From Negaprion brevirostris (lineage: Eukaryota): a DNA stretch of 64,000 bases. The stretch lies in assembly GCA_030324005.1 (NCBI GenBank), contig JARDVH010000099.1, forward strand, positions 42,209,788 through 42,273,787, in the 5' to 3' direction. This document shows, in pieces, positions 11,930-25,781 of the stretch (position 1 is the stretch's first letter; every line of letters begins with the position of its first letter). The notes below the pieces were generated by a model that saw only the letters and a program-made list of their open reading frames with translations, searched no databases and had not been told where the DNA came from. The position numbers and the translations under genes are program-made.

Positions 11930-13820
11930 ACTCAGTATGATATATGGTGAAAACTGGTGTCCCACCCGGATCGGTAGTGGGACCATAGTTCTCAATTTAT
12001 ATCAAATAATTTGCACTCAAATCTGTTTTGCAATTTTGAAATTACTCCAAATTGGGGCAATGATGTTGTTAATACAGAGGAAATCTGATGAAATACAGGA
12101 TGACAGTAATAANNNNNNNNNNCACAGTTGTGTCGGGGAAAACACTTCAATAGGAAGAATAAGATCACATACTTCTTTAAAAATAAATTTCTAAATGAGA
12201 TGGAGGAGCAGAGAGACCCATAAAACATACAAGATCATTGACAGAATGGATGCTGAAAGGATGTTTCCCTGTGTGTGAGATTAGAACTGGATAAAAATGA
12301 GTCACCATTTAATATTTTCTCTCAGAAGTTCATGAGTCTGCGCAACTTGATTCTCCAGATAGTAGCAGGGCTACTCGAGTATTTTTAGAGGTTGTGGGTG
12401 TTGATAGCAGGAAAGTGGCATTGGGACCACAATCAGATCAGCCATGATCTAGTTGAATCATAATGCATGCTTGAGGGGCCAAATGGACTCTTGTTTCTAA
12501 TTTGTATGTTCATATGTAGGGCATATCACTAAAGGTGGTAATATCCATTGATAAGGGCACCCAAAAAGAAAAGCGCTTGGATGCAATCATAGAATAGAAT
12601 TGAAAAGCAGAAACCTTATGTTAAACTTGTGTAAGGCTTTGGTTAGGCCACACAGTACAAGAAATTCTCAGTAAATTGCCTCATTCCATGTCATTCTGCT
12701 TTACAATCAGTCAATTTATAGGGCCTGTATTTATGTTTTACACTGGGAGTTTTGTTTTAAGTTATTTCAAGCTGGGGCTGACATAGGATCACACGAAACA
12801 ATCTGCACCATTTTGAAGCAGCCTCGTCTAATCTGTACCAACTTTCCCTCTCACTGACCCACTCAATCCCTGTGGACCTTCCCTCTCACTGACTCTCCTG
12901 AAGCAATCAGCATTAACAGGACATTTAAGTTGGCTGAGTGTTGAATTAGTGCTGAGGCCTCAGCTTTTTACAATCTATATTGAGGACTTAGATGAAGAGA
13001 CAAAGGCAGTGGAAATGTGAGCAATGAGGAGGACACAGAAACTGCAGAGATAGAGACAGGTTAAGGGAGTGGGCAACAAAATGGCAAAAGGATTACAATA
13101 CAGATAAATGTGAAGAGTTTTACTTCAGTGGTAGGAATTGCAATGTGGAATATTTTTCAAAAGGTGTGAATCTTCAGAGTTGATCCCAGAAAGTTAGTAT
13201 GCAGGTACAGCAAACAGGCTAATGCTATTTTGGCCTTTGTTCAAGAGGATTGGAATACAAAAATAAATTATTTTTGCTACAATTGTGCAGAGTTTTGGTG
13301 AGAGCACATCTGGAATACTGTGCAGTTTTCCATATTTAGGGAAGGATTTACTTACATTTGGAGGTGGTACAGTGAAGCTTCATTAGATTAGTTCTAGGGA
13401 TCAAAGTGTTCTCCTCTGATGAGGGAGGCACTGAGTAAATGAGGGCTAGATTGTCTGGAGTTTGAAAGAATGAAGTAAGTCATGGAAACAGGCTCGAAAG
13501 GATGGATGCTGGGGTTGTTTTCACTGGTCAAGGAGTCTAAAATACAGTGGCACAATCTCAGGATACTGGCTGATCATTTAATCTCAAGATGATGAGAAAT
13601 TACTTCAAAGGATTGTGGATATTTGGAATTTTCTATCCGAGGGTAAGAATACTCCATTGTTCTAATATATTTAAGGGTGGGATGGACAGAAATGATGTCA
13701 CTCAGGGCATCAAGTGACGTGGCAGCTGGTGGGAAAGGTGCACCGAAGCCCAAAATTAAAATAGTAGAGCAGGTGCAACAGGCCATGTGGTCTACCCCAA
13801 TTCCTAATTCTTGTATAGGG
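11930..13820 (+). mobile_element. Cluster of old CR1 LINE 3' fragments
   Basis: Degenerate RT C-terminal and tail motifs (cacatctggaatactgtgcagttt, tggaattttctat, gatcagccatgatct). Confidence 0.75.
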
Positions 13821-15236
13821 CAAGATGACAGATTTCTGTGCAGTTTTCACAGAGAAAAAAAACTGTCAGCTTTCAGAGTGGAGGAAGAGGATAAAATTAC
13901 TCAGTTATTTCCTTAATTTCATTTACAATATTACCCATATTCTTTTTAGCACCCATGTTGCCCTCAATTTTGTTTTTTTTTTTGCAGGTTTTGCTACCTT
14001 TTTTGTCTAGGTTTGCTATTCTTTATATTTCTCCCAGACCCCTGGCTTTCTTTGCACTTCTATACTGTATTTTAATGTTCTCACTCATCCTTTTCGTTTA
14101 ATCTTTCATTGGATTTGGGCATCACTACCAAGGCTGTCAATCCTTAATTGCCCTTTAGGTGTACCACCTTCACAAACCACTCCAGTCTATGTGGTATACA
14201 TACGCATACAGGGCTGTTAGTTCCAAGACTTTGATACATTGACCGCAAAGAACAATGATATAGTTCCAACTCAGGATGGCGTGAGGTTTGGAAGGAACTT
14301 GCAGGTAGTGTGCTCTTTCAAATATTTGGTGCAAGACACCATGAGCTGAATGGCTTCCTTCTACACTTGGGATTCTGTGGACTCAAAGAAACTATATGCA
14401 TTTATACAATTCTAGTATTAACAGATTGCTTTATTCGATTTCGTCACAACTTTTGCTTATTCCGATTAGGTAGAAAGAACATTTGAGATATGTGGAATCA
14501 GAGGGCATAATACTTTTAAAAATGTTATAAAAATCCAATGGAAAATTTAAAAAATCTAAGAAACACACTGCGATGTCCATGGAAATAGATCCAGGAGTTC
14601 CAATGGTTGAAGTGCAGTAAATAAACATTCTTTGATAGTTTATGAGAAATTAGTTGGAATTTAACAAAAAGGTGACTCTTGCAATAAAGATCTGGAAAAA
14701 AGTTTAAATTTAAAATTTACATCTTGTAAAATTACACTTAGCACATCAGATGTACAAGTTTCAAGTATCATTNNNNNNNNNNNNNNNNNNNNNNNNNNNN
14801 NNNNNNNNNNNNNNNNNNNNNNNNNNNNNNNNNNNNNNNNNNNNNNNNNNNNNNNNNNNNNNNNNNNNNNNNCTCAGATTGTTGTGGGGTTCAAAAGTTC
14901 AATCTACAAATATAATACTTAGTGAGAAATCACATTGATTTGAACCTTTTGGAGCCATGTTTGTTAAGAGTGTCTGTGACAGAAATTTCACAATTTTTAA
15001 GCTAAAAAGAGTGACTCACAGCTGAAGTTTGGCAGATCTGTATTTTCATCCCGTTGTGCTTTGCTGTCTCCTCTCTGGGCTGCTCTCCACAGTCAGTCTT
15101 TACCTGTAGATAAGCTGTTAAAATTTCAACAACTGCAGTTTCTGCTGCCTTGCCTTTCTTTGCCCTGACAATATGCCTTTGCATTTTGCAGATTTGCGAT
15201 ATGTGATTTAATCCATTTTGTTATGGTATCTTCTGA

Positions 15237-15344
<108 letters not shown>

Positions 15345-15794
15345 TAAATTAAAAAATTTAAATGCTTTCTGTAAGTTTTTCTTCAAAGAAAGTATATTTG
15401 TAAATAGAGGTCTGCAGAGGGGACTGCATTAAACAGCAAAAGCAATGTTAAAATTATGTTTCCAGAAATGTCTTTGGAGCTAAGATATATTATTTTTTAG
15501 CTGAGGTACAAAGGAATGGCAAGATTATGTTCTATCACCCAATCTTGAAAATTGCAGTACCCACAATTGAAAGTTAAACATTGTAATATTGTAATTAAAC
15601 TTTTGAAGCACTTTGAAAAGTTTAAATTTAAAATTTACATCTTGTAAAATTACACTTAGCACATCAGATGTATAAGTTTCAAGTATCATTTCAAACATTA
15701 TACAAGTTCAAAGGTATCCCAATGCAGTCTACTTTTTTTATACAGTGTATTTACAAGCACTCATCACAGTGGATGACTTACTCCACTGTTTCCA

Positions 15795-15800
15795 TTTATT
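15795..15800 (-). terminator. Candidate ERLEC1 proximal poly(A) signal AATAAA (others at 15902-15907 and 14430-14435)
   Basis: tttatt on the + strand, 170 nt downstream of the stop codon; usage unknown. Confidence 0.4.
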
Positions 15801-15969
15801 CAACACAGATGTCCATCAAATACTTATTTTCAGGTGTCCATTTTTAAAGAAACAGATATGTGATAAATGCTGATAATGGAATATCAGGCTACATCTGTGC
15901 ATTTATTCTCAAATATTTAGCACAGTATATTTTGTTCCACTGACAAATCTGCTTTGTGCTGTCTGTCAT

Positions 15970-16041
15970 TTAGCTGGGCACTGAAAGTAGTCCATTTTCA
16001 TCAGCCGTATCCAGAATTTTACAAATTACTGGTGATTCCAC
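15970..16041 (-). CDS. ERLEC1: ERLEC1 exon 14 (terminal coding part)
   Basis: ttttctcag/[23 protein letters not shown] (TAA) matches the ERLEC1 C-terminus. Confidence 0.97.
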   Translation of the reverse strand: MESPVICKILDTADENGLLSVPS

Positions 16042-16719
16042 CTGAGAAAAACAAAGACAACAAGTTGAGACTTGACAGCTGGGACAGCAAAAAGATTCAA
16101 TTTTCCCACATCAACACCCCAGATACAATCAACTAGTTCAATATGAATCAGACTGAGAACCTGCACGATCCAGTTGACTGTATAAGCTCAGCTAGATAAT
16201 TGAGGAAGTTGCAAGCCTATAACATTAAATATCAGACACCCTTCTAATTGCAGTATTATTGCCCTATTAAACGATGTAAGGAAGCAGGTATGCTCTGCAA
16301 GAGCCTACGCTATGACAATCACTTTTTGGTGCCCACGACTTGTCCACTTCCAATATGGTTACTTTTTGGGACTATTTAAAGAGTTTTTAAACTACTGAAA
16401 TTATTATTTATATTGGCAACAGAGGGAGTCACCAGGTTTTTTCCAACTTTATTTGGAAGTCAGATGTGCTAATGTACATTATTTTCCCATCGCTTCCTAC
16501 AGTATTTAACTAAGTGCAATACCGTAAACTACATAGAATTTGTAACCACAAGAAATTGTCAAGGTAAACAGCTGAGATGCTTACAAAAGCAATCTAGATG
16601 ACCGTCTGAGAGAAAAGAATGGGAAAGGATAGGGGAAGGCTGAGGTAAGATAGGTTTACCATTGATGAGAAACTAACTGCACCAGCCCAGTTAATGCTGA
16701 AGCTATGTGGGCCGGTTAG

Positions 16720-17085
16720 TGGCTGGAAATTCTGTCTCTCCAAAGCATTTCCACCATCTATAAAGCACAAGTTAGGAATGGTGTGGAATACATTCCATCA
16801 TCTGGATGAGTGCAATTCAAACAAAGTCAAGAAGCTACATACCATCCAAGATAAAGCAACTCACTTGATCAGCACCGCTACATGCAAGTTCCCCTCCAAA
16901 TTCCACACCTCCTGACTTGTATCATTGTTGTCAGAATTCCAGTCCTAACAACACTGAGTGTACTTACACCACATGGATTGCAGAGCTTTGAGTTGGTGGT
17001 TCACCGTCACCTTCGAGGACAATTAAGATGGGCAGTAAATTTTGGCCTAGCCATTAATGCCCAAACCCCAAGAATGAGAAAATAA
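16720..17085 (+). mobile_element. Old L2/CR1-group LINE 3' fragment (same family as 62670-63270)
   Basis: Shared motifs atctataaagcacaag, tggatgagtgca, caagataaagca and a similar 3' tail. Confidence 0.6.
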
Positions 17086-17168
17086 AGAAACTAAAAGGGA
17101 TGAATGGAAAAAATACATACAGAAAATGTTAACTCTGCAAGATATTACAAAAGGTACACTTTACTCAC

Positions 17169-17244
17169 CCCCAGAATGTACTGGCAGGTTTGTGGCTCAA
17201 GCATGTAGATAGTAACTGCATGAGGAGACTCTGATTCCTTACAC
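17169..17244 (-). CDS. ERLEC1: ERLEC1 exon 13
   Basis: ttacag/[25 protein letters not shown]/gtgagt; 76 nt. Confidence 0.97.
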
Positions 17245-17818
17245 CTGTAATAGAGTATACATCTATTTAAATGCACAAAGTACAAAGAAAATATAAGTGT
17301 GACTGAATTTACAAAATACTTCAAGTTGACACTGTCCAAAAAAAAATCAAACCAGCTGCACATAACTTGTAATTGCATAGTGTTTTCATGTCATATGTCA
17401 CAGGAACATAAAATACAATTTGATCCAAGGTACAAAAGGAGATATTAGGACAAATGGCCAACCTTGGGTCAAACAAGTTTTGAGGTGCATTTTAAAGGAG
17501 GAAAAAGAGATGGGAAGGTAGATATTTGCGGAAGCAATAGTTCAGAGCCCAGGTGACTGAAGGCATGACCACCGATGGTGCAGTGCTTCAAATTGGGGAT
17601 GCTCAAGATGCCAGAATTAGAACTGTGTAAACATCTCCAATCGTTCAGGGGCTGGAGGAACTTACATTTAGGGAGTAGTAAAGCCAGAAAGGGATTTGAA
17701 AACAAAGGTGAGAATTTTAAACAAAAGTGTATCGATTTGGAGATTAAAAAGATGAGTTAAATGTGTAACACTGGAAAAAGACAGGTCTTGTAGTGTGGCA
17801 GCAAGAAACTAAACTTAC

Positions 17819-17896
17819 TTCAATTTTACCACTACTTGTCGTGGTTTTCCTGTCAAATCACAAAGGTCACCATTTCCATAAAAATGTGAAACAACC
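17819..17896 (-). CDS. ERLEC1: ERLEC1 exon 12
   Basis: ttttaag/[25 protein letters not shown](K)/gtaagt; 78 nt. Confidence 0.97.
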
Positions 17897-18324
17897 CTTA
17901 AAAAAATGAAATTAAATGTGATTAAAACAGCATTTATAACATTCTCAGTGAATATTAAAAATGTGCTGAACGTGCAATTCATTACTCGGCTACTTTGCTA
18001 ATGTTTCATGGAAATTCAAATTAGAAGCTTCATTATCCCCAAGAAAGCACTAAAGTTGGAATCAATCAAAAATACTTCAGAACTTTTGCCAAGCAAAGTT
18101 TAATCCTAGGGTTACAGCTGCAGTTTTCATCTGCAACTGAATCATGACAAAAAAAATTGCATTGCTCAACACGATAGGTTCAGAGAAAGGTTGCTTGTAC
18201 AGAAGTGACCAAAATATTGATAATTTCCTTAATGACTGGTCTACAATCTCTCGCAACAATTAAAACAAATTTCTACTACAATTTAAAGCATAATTTCTCC
18301 AAAATCAAAACTTTGAACGTTTAA

Positions 18325-18897
18325 AGCTTGCATGGGTTTCCTCCGGGTGCTCCGGTTTTCAAATTCTGCTTTGGAGAGGGTGCAGAAAGATGTTGCCTGG
18401 TATGGAGGGCATTAACTATGAGGAGAGGTTGGAGAAACTTGGTTTGTTCTCATGGAACGAGAGAGGTTGACGAGACACCTGATAGAAGTCTACAAGAGTA
18501 TGACAGGCACGAACAGAATGGATAGTCAGAAGCTTTTTCCCAAGATGGAAGAGTCAATTACTAGGAGGCATTGGTTTAAAGTGCGAGGGGCAAGGTTTAA
18601 AGGAGATTTACGAAGCAAGTTTTTTTTTTTTTACACACGGTAGTGGGTGCCTGGAAAACATTGCCGGGGGAGGTAGTGGAAGCCGATACAGTAGTGACTT
18701 TTAAGGGGCATCTTGATAAATATGTGAATAGGATGGGAATAGAGGGATATGGATCCCCAGAAGGATGAGGTTTTAGTTCAGTTGGGCAGAATGGTCAGTG
18801 CAGGCTTGGAGGGCCGAAGGGCCTGTTACTGAGCTGTAATTTTCTTTGTTCTTTCCTCCCACAATCCAAACATTGTGGATTAGGTCGATTGGCATGC
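18325..18897 (+). mobile_element. CR1 3' end inserted within a V-SINE fragment
   Basis: ERERLTRHLIEVYK..RGARFKGDLR; tail gggccgaagggcctg; V-domain pieces on both sides. Confidence 0.8.
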
Positions 18898-19677
18898 NNN
18901 NNNNNNNNNNNNNNNNNNNNNNNNNNNNNNNNNNNNNNNNNNNNNNNNNNNNNNNNNNNNNNNNNNNNNNNNNNNNNNNNNNNNNNNNNNNNNNNNNNNN
19001 NNNNNNNNNNNNNNNNNNNNNNNNNNNNNNNNNNNNNNNNNNNNNNNNNNNNNNNNNNNNNNNNNNNNNNNNNNNNNNNNNNNNNNNNNNNNNNNNNNNN
19101 NNNNNNNNNNNNNNNNNNNNNNNNNNNNNNNNNNNNNNNNNNNNNNNNNNNNNNNNNNNNNNNNNNNNNNNNNNNNNNNNNNNNNNNNNNNNNNNNNNNN
19201 NNNNNNNNNNNNNNNNNNNNNNNNNNNNNNNNCAAATAAATTCAAACCAGAAGTTTTCTCAAACTCCAAGCTCTATGACCACATAGCCTACTGATGTCTA
19301 TCCTCAAATGGGGTTCCAAGTCAACTTTCCCTAGTTAAGCAAGCCCACTGCTGCTTATGGTTCAATTTCTTCTATTTTGACTCTATTAAACAAACATTTG
19401 TAACCTCCTGAACTGCTAATTCCTTTTAGGTGTTCTGGCAACCTCTAAAGCTCACTATTTTAGTTCTTACCTTCACAACAACAATCTCCTCAGCTCTAAG
19501 CATTACCTCTAGAATATCAACATGAACCTTGACCTAGGTATTGCAGATATTCATCACAACCATCTCTACTTTGCAAAGCTTTCACATCTTTTCTCCTGAA
19601 GCGTGGTGCCCAAAATTGTCCATGTGTTCCAGCTGAAGCCTACCTTTGCGTTCTGTATTACAATCTTACACATTTAC

Positions 19678-19802
19678 CTCACTTTCTGCGTCCCATCTTC
19701 TTGCCATTGGTAAGCCCTTGCTGAACTTTTCGCAGCCCACGTGACATGCTCTTCTTTATTCCAGGTGCCAACCACTATGATGCTTTTCCCAGCTCCTTTA
19801 TC
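19678..19802 (-). CDS. ERLEC1: ERLEC1 exon 11
   Basis: ccttgaag/[41 protein letters not shown](R)/gtaaat; 125 nt. Confidence 0.96.
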
Positions 19803-22000
19803 CTTCAAGGTAATACAGAAAGTACCAGTAATTATTGTGTGGCATTCTCATTGCTCCAGCTTAAAATAAAAGAGATAGAGTGTTCATCAGGATGGAGGTA
19901 ACCATTATTAGAAAACTATTTTCCGGGGAAAACTGGCAGGTTGGGATAGTACTAGCCCTTCATCCTTGGTCCTGGATTTGAATTCAACTCCATCCAATAT
20001 AATAACATTTCCTTCTGTCACCTTGCTGTAAGAACCCTAGGCAAGTATGTCTTAACCTAAGTCCCACACCAGCCCCCAATTTGGCAGTAAATTGCAATCT
20101 CCCTGAGATATAGTTAGGAAAAGCAAAATAATGCAGCATGGACAATTAAGGCAAAAATATGATGGGAAAGAGTAAAGCGAGCTTTAGTTTGTACCTAATG
20201 AAACTTTATTGGACTGTTAGTGCTATCAATATCCTAATTATAAAAAATACACTTTCTTCCATTTTCTTTGCATCCAGTACCAGCACTTGGCACTTCAAGA
20301 CTTTCAAGCATAGCATTGATATATGCCTGGTAAAGACAGTTTGTCATCCTCTTACAATTTTCCATCAACACAATTTTAGACAAGCACCAATGCTTAATGC
20401 CATCAATCATTATTCTCTTCCTTATTAAAACTTAAATTAGCTTGCAACAAATTACTGTTAACATTGTGATCTGTACCCACTGAGGACTGCATGCACACAG
20501 ATGTGAGTGAATGAATAAGCAAATATGCTGTTTCTTTGCGAATGCTCTCCTCTTCCTTCAAAGAGTTGAGCATCCCTGTTGAGCTTGATCATGATATTGG
20601 CCACATACAAATATTTCCAGGAGGGTGCACTGGACAGTGATCAGGGGCAAGAAGTCTGGGTGATTTATTCTCCAAAGCTTCTTCCTCTCTCCCATCACCA
20701 AAGTAGCAACCCTAGGATCACCTGATCTGAGATTAGTTAATTCAACAGAAACCGATCTTACAATCTTCCCGGTTCAGCTGTTCATTCTCAACCAGATGAG
20801 CCATGGAAAAATATCATTGGAGGCATCAACTCTTAGTTTGAGTATTCAAAGCTAGCTACCAGAATTAAAGTTAAAGTTTACAGAGGTACCTAGTTTCCCC
20901 AATTCTGATTTCAGGGATATTCTTTACACACAAAGATGAAATAGTTAAAATGCTTACATAGCTACATTTATAAGGATTTATATTAATGCTTATTTTCTTC
21001 ATGTAATGTCTTTCAGGTAAGGACCACTGTGAACTTCTTGCACCCCATATTATAGACAATTTGCAAATGCATAGGGAGTAATGCTAAGTCATCTTTACTT
21101 TTTAGAAGGTAACTCGTAACAGGTTAGCAGATTTCACTGAAGTGTAATCTTATATCATAATGATCAATAACGAGAACAGGAATATGAAATGAGAATCATA
21201 ATTACCCACTGCTGTTTAACATTATGGGGAATATAGATTTTGTATCCTATGCACCGTTTCCCATGTTTGCTTGGGTTTAAAGGCCCTTCATTTAAATTCT
21301 AGCCCCACCATTTGAAGTGGAGTTCGTATGTGAAATTCGCTGAGCAGGCACAGCACATTAGTGGGGTGGAGAAAATTTATATCCTAAATAAAAAGCATCC
21401 CTCCCAGAGTAAACTGTCATAAATGAAGAACTAGTTCTGGCATGGGTGATGAGCTGTTTCCTTTGGTGCGGCAATTTCTATGATTCAAAGCTGTGCGTTG
21501 TGACCACTCTGGCAGATAATTGGGAAGGAGATGAAAGCCCCATCTCATGCTCCAATAATACATCTGGAAAGAGATGTAGAAAGCTTTTAGTAGAAAGGTC
21601 TCTGGCTGACCAAGTTATGCTTCATGGATTGATAGAGATTGATAAGTCACAAGGTAGCAAAATTGAAAGTGTGGTTTTGGCCACTACAGGAAAGAAAAAG
21701 AGAAAAGGTTTGTTTGTATTTCCTAATCTGAAAATATCTGAAGTTAAGGTGTTGTTTGGGGCTACAACAAGTTCTCCAGAGAGATGTGCTGATACTACTG
21801 AATCATGTGGATGCAAATTTAAAAACTTCAACATTTTGCAGCATTATATCAGATCATTTTCATTTATTATGCCTTGAGTGCTCGGATTAATCATGTGGAT
21901 CTACATTCTTAATCAGCAAATAACATTCCTCCAATATAAATTACCGTGTAAGTTTTAAGTGAGGGGCAATGCAGTTACTGGCATTCTTCTCTTTAATTTT

Positions 22001-22228
22001 GGGGTTAGTTTAGCTCAGCTGGCTGGACAACTGGTTAGTGATGCAGATCAATGACAACAATGTGGATTCAATTTCTGCAACAGCTGAGGTTATTCATGAA
22101 GGTCTGCCTTTTCAATCTTGTCCCCTTGCCCGAGGTGTGGTGATCCTCAGGTTAAAATTACCACCAGTCAGCTCTCCCTAAGGGGAAAGCACCTTACGGT
22201 CACCTGCATCTATGGCAACTTTACTTTT
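22001..22228 (+). mobile_element. tRNA-derived SINE, second family; inverted copy at 37400-37620
   Basis: A-box tagctcagctgg, B-box-like ggattcaattt, body ctgaggttattcatgaagg...ccccttgcccgaggtgtggtgatcctcaggttaaa. Confidence 0.8.
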
Positions 22229-22244
22229 ATAATCCTCTGACGTA

Positions 22245-22445
22245 AACAAAAACACTGCAAATACTCAGCAAATCAAACACCATCTGTGGAGAGAAGCAGA
22301 GTTAATGTTTCATCAGCTCTGATGAAAGATCATCTCAACATGAAATGTTAACGGTTCCTCTCTACAGATGCTGCCTGACCAGCTTGATATTTCCAGCAGT
22401 TTGTTTTTATTTCAGATCTCCAGCATCTGCAGTAGTTTTACTTTT
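22245..22445. mobile_element. Fold-back Penelope-derived element with central hammerhead remnant
   Basis: Inverted arms catctgtggagaga..gttaatgtttca / tgaaatgttaac..ctctctacagatg; CTGATGA 22319-22325, GAAA 22342-22345. Confidence 0.7.
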
Positions 22446-22615
22446 GTACTCAGTGCTCTGGTTTCGTACAGGTTCATGCAATNNNNNNNNNNNNNNNNNN
22501 NNNNNNNNNNNNNNNNNNNNNNNNNNNNNNNNNNNNNNNNNNNNNNNNNNNNNNNNNNNNNTTTAAAAATGCAGTCTTATTGAAAGTGAAATACCACTTT
22601 TCCAAATACACATAC

Positions 22616-22675
22616 CTCATGATACTGCTGCACATGCTTACCATAGCAGAATTCGTACTTCCACCATCCTACGCC
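22616..22675 (-). CDS. ERLEC1: ERLEC1 exon 10 (MRH domain 2)
   Basis: taacag/[20 protein letters not shown]/gtatgt; 60 nt. Confidence 0.97.
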
Positions 22676-24689
22676 CTGTTAACACAAAGTTGAAAAGCCA
22701 TGAAACAGAAATAATGCACAAAAAGACATTTCAGAAATGTACAGGTAAACTACAGAAATTGCAAACACCAGAAACTTCTGAGGATGCTTCACTCGATCAT
22801 TCCTAAACTAAACTCCCTTACGCTACCATTAAACTAAACATATCAAAGGATAGACGGAAAATTGAACTCCTGCAAAGGAACAAAGCAATTCTAAAACATT
22901 TTATAGTTGCATTATTTGTCTTTGAGGGCCTAATACACTTTAGGGTATGTTTGATATTTCCAACAGTGGTCTTCCTATACTATAGGCAGACCATAATGAG
23001 CATTCACATACCCAACAAAAACATTGCAGCTGTTCTGAAAATACGTGGTGGAAAATGCAAAGAACAAACTTGGAGGATGGGGAAGTTTGAATTGGAAACT
23101 ACCTTCAGTCTTTTCTCTGTCTTTTAAGTTATTTAAAAATAAATTAGTTTGTAATTGTGGATACAATTCAATTTCAGATTTTCTCTTTGATTTGTTGGCT
23201 TAGGGATATTCACTTTTAGAACTAGGGATCTAGAACTAATGAATAAATCTGTGGCATGGTTTTGTAGAAACACAAAGCCTGATGCACAATAGGTTCAATG
23301 ATTCTTGCACAAAAATGGCATATAGACAAAGGTGACATGACATTCACTCAAAATTCAAGACGTCCACAGACAACAAAAAGAGACTTACCCATACACAAAA
23401 TAATCAAGACAGAACATGCAGCATAGAAACTGGCCGTTTAGTCCAACTATTATATTTTGGTGCTTATACTCCACTGAGTTTCCTTATCTGTCTTTCAGAA
23501 TATTTTTTTTTTCTTTTCTCTCTGTAGTTTTCCAGTTTCCTTTTGAAAATATCTAAGCTACATATCTTAGCACCTCTTTTGGTAATGAGTTCCATCTTCT
23601 AGCCACAGAGTAAATTCCTCATTACTCTGGCAACTATCTTGTATTCATGGCCCATAACTTTTGGATCCTCCCACAGATAGAAGCACGCTCTGCATATCTA
23701 TCCTGTCCATCCCTTTCATAATTTTAAAGATTTTTTACCTTTATGCCTTCTCTATTTTAAGGAAAAACGCCCAATCTGTTTAAACTTCCCTAATAGTTGT
23801 AATCCCTCGGTCTGGCACCATATTTGTAAATGAGAAGGCACACAGGGACATGCCTTGATCCTACAGATAAGTTTGCCTGACATGTATTTTGCTTTCCCTC
23901 TTTATTCTCCCACACAAAATACAGTAAAGTGGTTTGACCACAAACTATAACCAGTGGTTAGTAAACAAATTAAATCTGTCATGTATTTCTATTACCAGCT
24001 CACAGCACAGAAAGCAACGTCTCTCATGCTTAGGGCAACAGATCCCATAGCTCCCGTATCTCCTTGACCTTCAGACATAATGGTATTTGCTCCGATATTC
24101 TGAGCTGTTCCATGCTCCAACAATTCTTTGTGCACTTTTTCCTCCAATTACTCTCCTCATTGTCACTGCGATCATTTCAAACTTGATTCTTATCCACTGA
24201 CTCTCCAACCAACTGAGAGCCTTTCTCCTTATTCTGCTTCAATCTCCCTCCTCATCTTCCACAAAATTTTCTATATTCATGATTCAGTAATGTTAGAGAG
24301 GTGGCACAGGACAAAATCACAGCTAGGTTTCTTTATTTTTCACTAGAGCCCAGCCCTTTATCTTAAAGAAATTTATTTGGCCATTTACCCAGGCCACATT
24401 TGAACAATTCCCACTGCTGATCGGTTATTCCAACTATCAACTTCATTTCCTGATTATTTGGAGCTAGATTACTGCCTTTCTCACGGGACACTGACTTCTT
24501 TCTTTAACTCTTATCATTTTATAATTTCACACTGAACTTAGTAAAATTGACATCAACTTTGAGCTTTATTTCTCAAAGGTATAAAGTTTCACCCAAGTGA
24601 CAATTTTATATTTAATGCAATGATCTCCAACATAATCAGCATTTTTATGATTATCCTTCAATAATATCAAGGAAAAGCTGGACTCTTAC

Positions 24690-24851
24690 CCCATGGAAAC
24701 AATAGGAGCCACTTAGGAATTCCTGGATGAGCTGTTCATCAGTCAGTTTGGAGATGTGAGTAGTTCCCACAGCCACTGGTTGCTGTCCTCCAACACTGAT
24801 TGATTTGTGAGATAAAAACTGCTCATCACGTGTAGACTTTGTGTCCAGTTC
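24690..24851 (-). CDS. ERLEC1: ERLEC1 exon 9
   Basis: aatag/[54 protein letters not shown]/gtaaga; 162 nt. Confidence 0.95.
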
Positions 24852-25483
24852 CTATTATAATCCAATATGAAAGCCATTTTCAATGTCATTAATTCAAATG
24901 CATGTGGACTATAGAAATAGCTGGTTTGTTTATCTCCCAAGTACAGTGTAGAAATTAAAAGAATGCCTGCTGCTTATTTGGAAGTTACAAAGAACAGACA
25001 CATTTGGAAATTACTCTAAAAAAAATAAATTCCAAGCAGCAAATGTGCTGACCAAAATAATATTTTAATCAGCACTTTAATAACTTGAAATCGATTTTTA
25101 AAAATAGGATTCAGTTATTACAACTCAATTGTGCTGATCAAACAGAAATTGTTAATGCTTAAACCAGTAACTAACAACATAGAATCTGAAGATGCAATTA
25201 CATCAGTAGTTGCAATTGGTATTTACAGATTTTAATGAAAGATGTCAGTCTTAAGGAACTTTAGCTATCAACTCATTTAAAACAAATACATACGGATAGG
25301 TAAAAGTAAATGCCAAAATAAATGTCCTCAAATTTCATTAAATTGTTTTTAAAACAGGTACTAAAATACAAAGTTTGTATTTCCCAAACAAAAATGGAAC
25401 TAAATTATGTGGCAAAAGGCCAGCAACAGGTTTCCTGAGCTAGTCGTGAAATTATTTTAAAATTCTGTTGGTAAAACAGTTAC

Positions 25484-25622
25484 CTCTTGAGCTCTCTGGG
25501 TAGTGAAAGGTGGTTTCATCATATCCTCCTGCTGTTTTTCTAACTGTTCGAGACTTTGAGGTTTTAATGGAGAGCCGTGTACTGATTGGCAAAATATGTC
25601 ATTAACAGGGGAGGATTTAAAT
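25484..25622 (-). CDS. ERLEC1: ERLEC1 exon 8
   Basis: gcatag/FKSSPVNDIFCQSVHGSPLKPQSLEQLEKQQEDMMKPPFTTQRAQE/gtaact; 139 nt. Confidence 0.95.
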
Positions 25623-25781
25623 CTATGCAAAATAAAAACAAGGTTAATACTCATAAATGGCATCAAATTCAGAGTTACTGCCAAAACGTGGTTAAAACAG
25701 ATTACGTTTAAGCTACTGAGGTTATCATGCAAAGTTTGTGTATCTATTTTAGAGACTACACAGTACATTTGGCTATTTTAC

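Noticed and set aside
1-14700. Searched for the GPR75 single-exon CDS expected by synteny
   Set aside because: No long 7TM ORF is present; it presumably lies left of the window.
18795-19286. ORFs spanning N-runs (also 41060-41521 and 56186-56614)
   Set aside because: Open only because of Ns.
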